Shown here piece by piece: positions 63,129 through 64,000 of a DNA stretch of 64,000 bases. The stretch is from a virus: positions 31,217 to 95,216 of IMG/VR virus record IMGVR_UViG_3300050011_000542. One strand, 5' to 3'. Under the pieces are notes generated by a model. It was not told where the DNA came from. It did not search any database and saw only the letters and a list, made by a program, of their open reading frames with translations. Each line of letters starts with the position of its first letter. The first letter of the stretch is position 1. The position numbers and the translations under genes were made by a program.

Positions 63129-64000
63129 CCAGGATCGTCGCTAACCCGAACCGTATTTCTTACAAAGAAGCCTCGGTCGAGTTCCTCAATCATATTGGTG
63201 TGCCAAACACCAAGAAGATGTACCGCACGGCTGCCCGCACGCTAGACGCTTACATGTCCAAGCTCTATCTCGATGAAGAAGAGGACGTGCTCACAGCCCT
63301 GAGAAAGTATGTCAGGGACAGGAGATTAGAAGGTGTTACCGACTACACGATCATGTGTTACCTGGCGTATATCGCTTCTCTCTATAAGCACTTCGGGATA
63401 GACCTAAATCCTGTAAAGCGTCTGCAGAAAGTGCAGCAGCTGAATGCTAGGTCGCCAGGTGTGATGCGGATCTTGACCGTGAAGAACGAGGAACAGCTGC
63501 TGAGCCGCATGACCGACCCGGTGCTGCGATCGATGGTGGTCTTCGCCGTCGAGACGGGTCTGCGCCTGAGAGAGCAGCTTTTGTTGATGCCCGACCAGGT
63601 GGACCTTGACCGCAACGAGATTGTGTTGCGGCAGCATCAGACCAAAACCCAGCGCGGCCGAGTGGTGCCCCTCAGTCGTCGAGCCCTGGAAGCCTACACG
63701 GGTATCAGAGAGGCCAGGCCCTCCGACGCCTGGTGCTTTCCGCAGCGCAACGGTAAGCCCTATGTCGATTGCCCCACCGAGTGGGAGAAGGTGCGTGCCA
63801 CTCTCTCATTGCGGCCCCGGTGGCACGATTTGCGACATACCTTTGCCACGAGGTTTCTGACCGCGACCGGGGACATCTACGCGCTCTCCCGTTTGCTTGG
63901 TCATTCGCAAATCACTATGACGACGCGCTACTTGCATCTGGTGACCGGAGACCTCCACGCCCGCATGGAGCAGTTCTCTTTGGCGAGTTACCGATCATGA
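62978..64000 (+). CDS. int: tyrosine integrase/recombinase
   Basis: TGLRL-E, TKT-R-R-VPL, HDLRHTFA, LLGHS-I-MT-RY. Confidence 0.95.
   Translation: MERGAVYSRLDTIKLWCWYYDENGKRVRCSTGQETEREAKAFLASKLANVARIVANPNRISYKEASVEFLNHIGVPNTKKMYRTAARTLDAYMSKLYLDEEEDVLTALRKYVRDRRLEGVTDYTIMCYLAYIASLYKHFGIDLNPVKRLQKVQQLNARSPGVMRILTVKNEEQLLSRMTDPVLRSMVVFAVETGLRLREQLLLMPDQVDLDRNEIVLRQHQTKTQRGRVVPLSRRALEAYTGIREARPSDAWCFPQRNGKPYVDCPTEWEKVRATLSLRPRWHDLRHTFATRFLTATGDIYALSRLLGHSQITMTTRYLHLVTGDLHARMEQFSLASYRS

Overview
The window is a 64 kb segment of a large temperate tailed phage or prophage, probably of an alphaproteobacterial host (inferred from the ECF sigma factors and the tRNA-Ile2 type). Almost all genes are on the + strand. 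Gene order: lambda-like tail-tip genes K-I-J with a moron between K and I; fibre, lysis and lipoprotein genes; a ~9 kb block of exported, beta-rich proteins plus a SAM methyltransferase; a replication/recombination module (initiator with iterons, DnaB, primase, SSB, SF2 helicase, intein-bearing RecA, Cas4-like nuclease, RuvC, RuvB); many small early genes; two tRNAs; two ECF sigma factors; endolysin; MT-A70 methylase; ThyX, dUTPase and dCMP deaminase; and xis-int. The most striking signals are non-coding. (1) About 35 ribosome-binding sites fold into hairpins with an ANGGAN/AGGAN loop and compensatory stem changes, which is the CsrA/RsmA target geometry. (2) About 30 copies of a 14-bp palindrome TGCAATYRATTGCA lie at gene and module boundaries, often fused to those hairpins. 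(3) About 11 sigma70-like promoters share a 16-bp spacer. (4) A structured RNA candidate sits directly upstream of a stand-alone RapZ C-terminal domain. (5) A + strand GCCCAG motif peaks at 50.8-54.6 kb. All counts were made by eye and are approximate; no searches were run.
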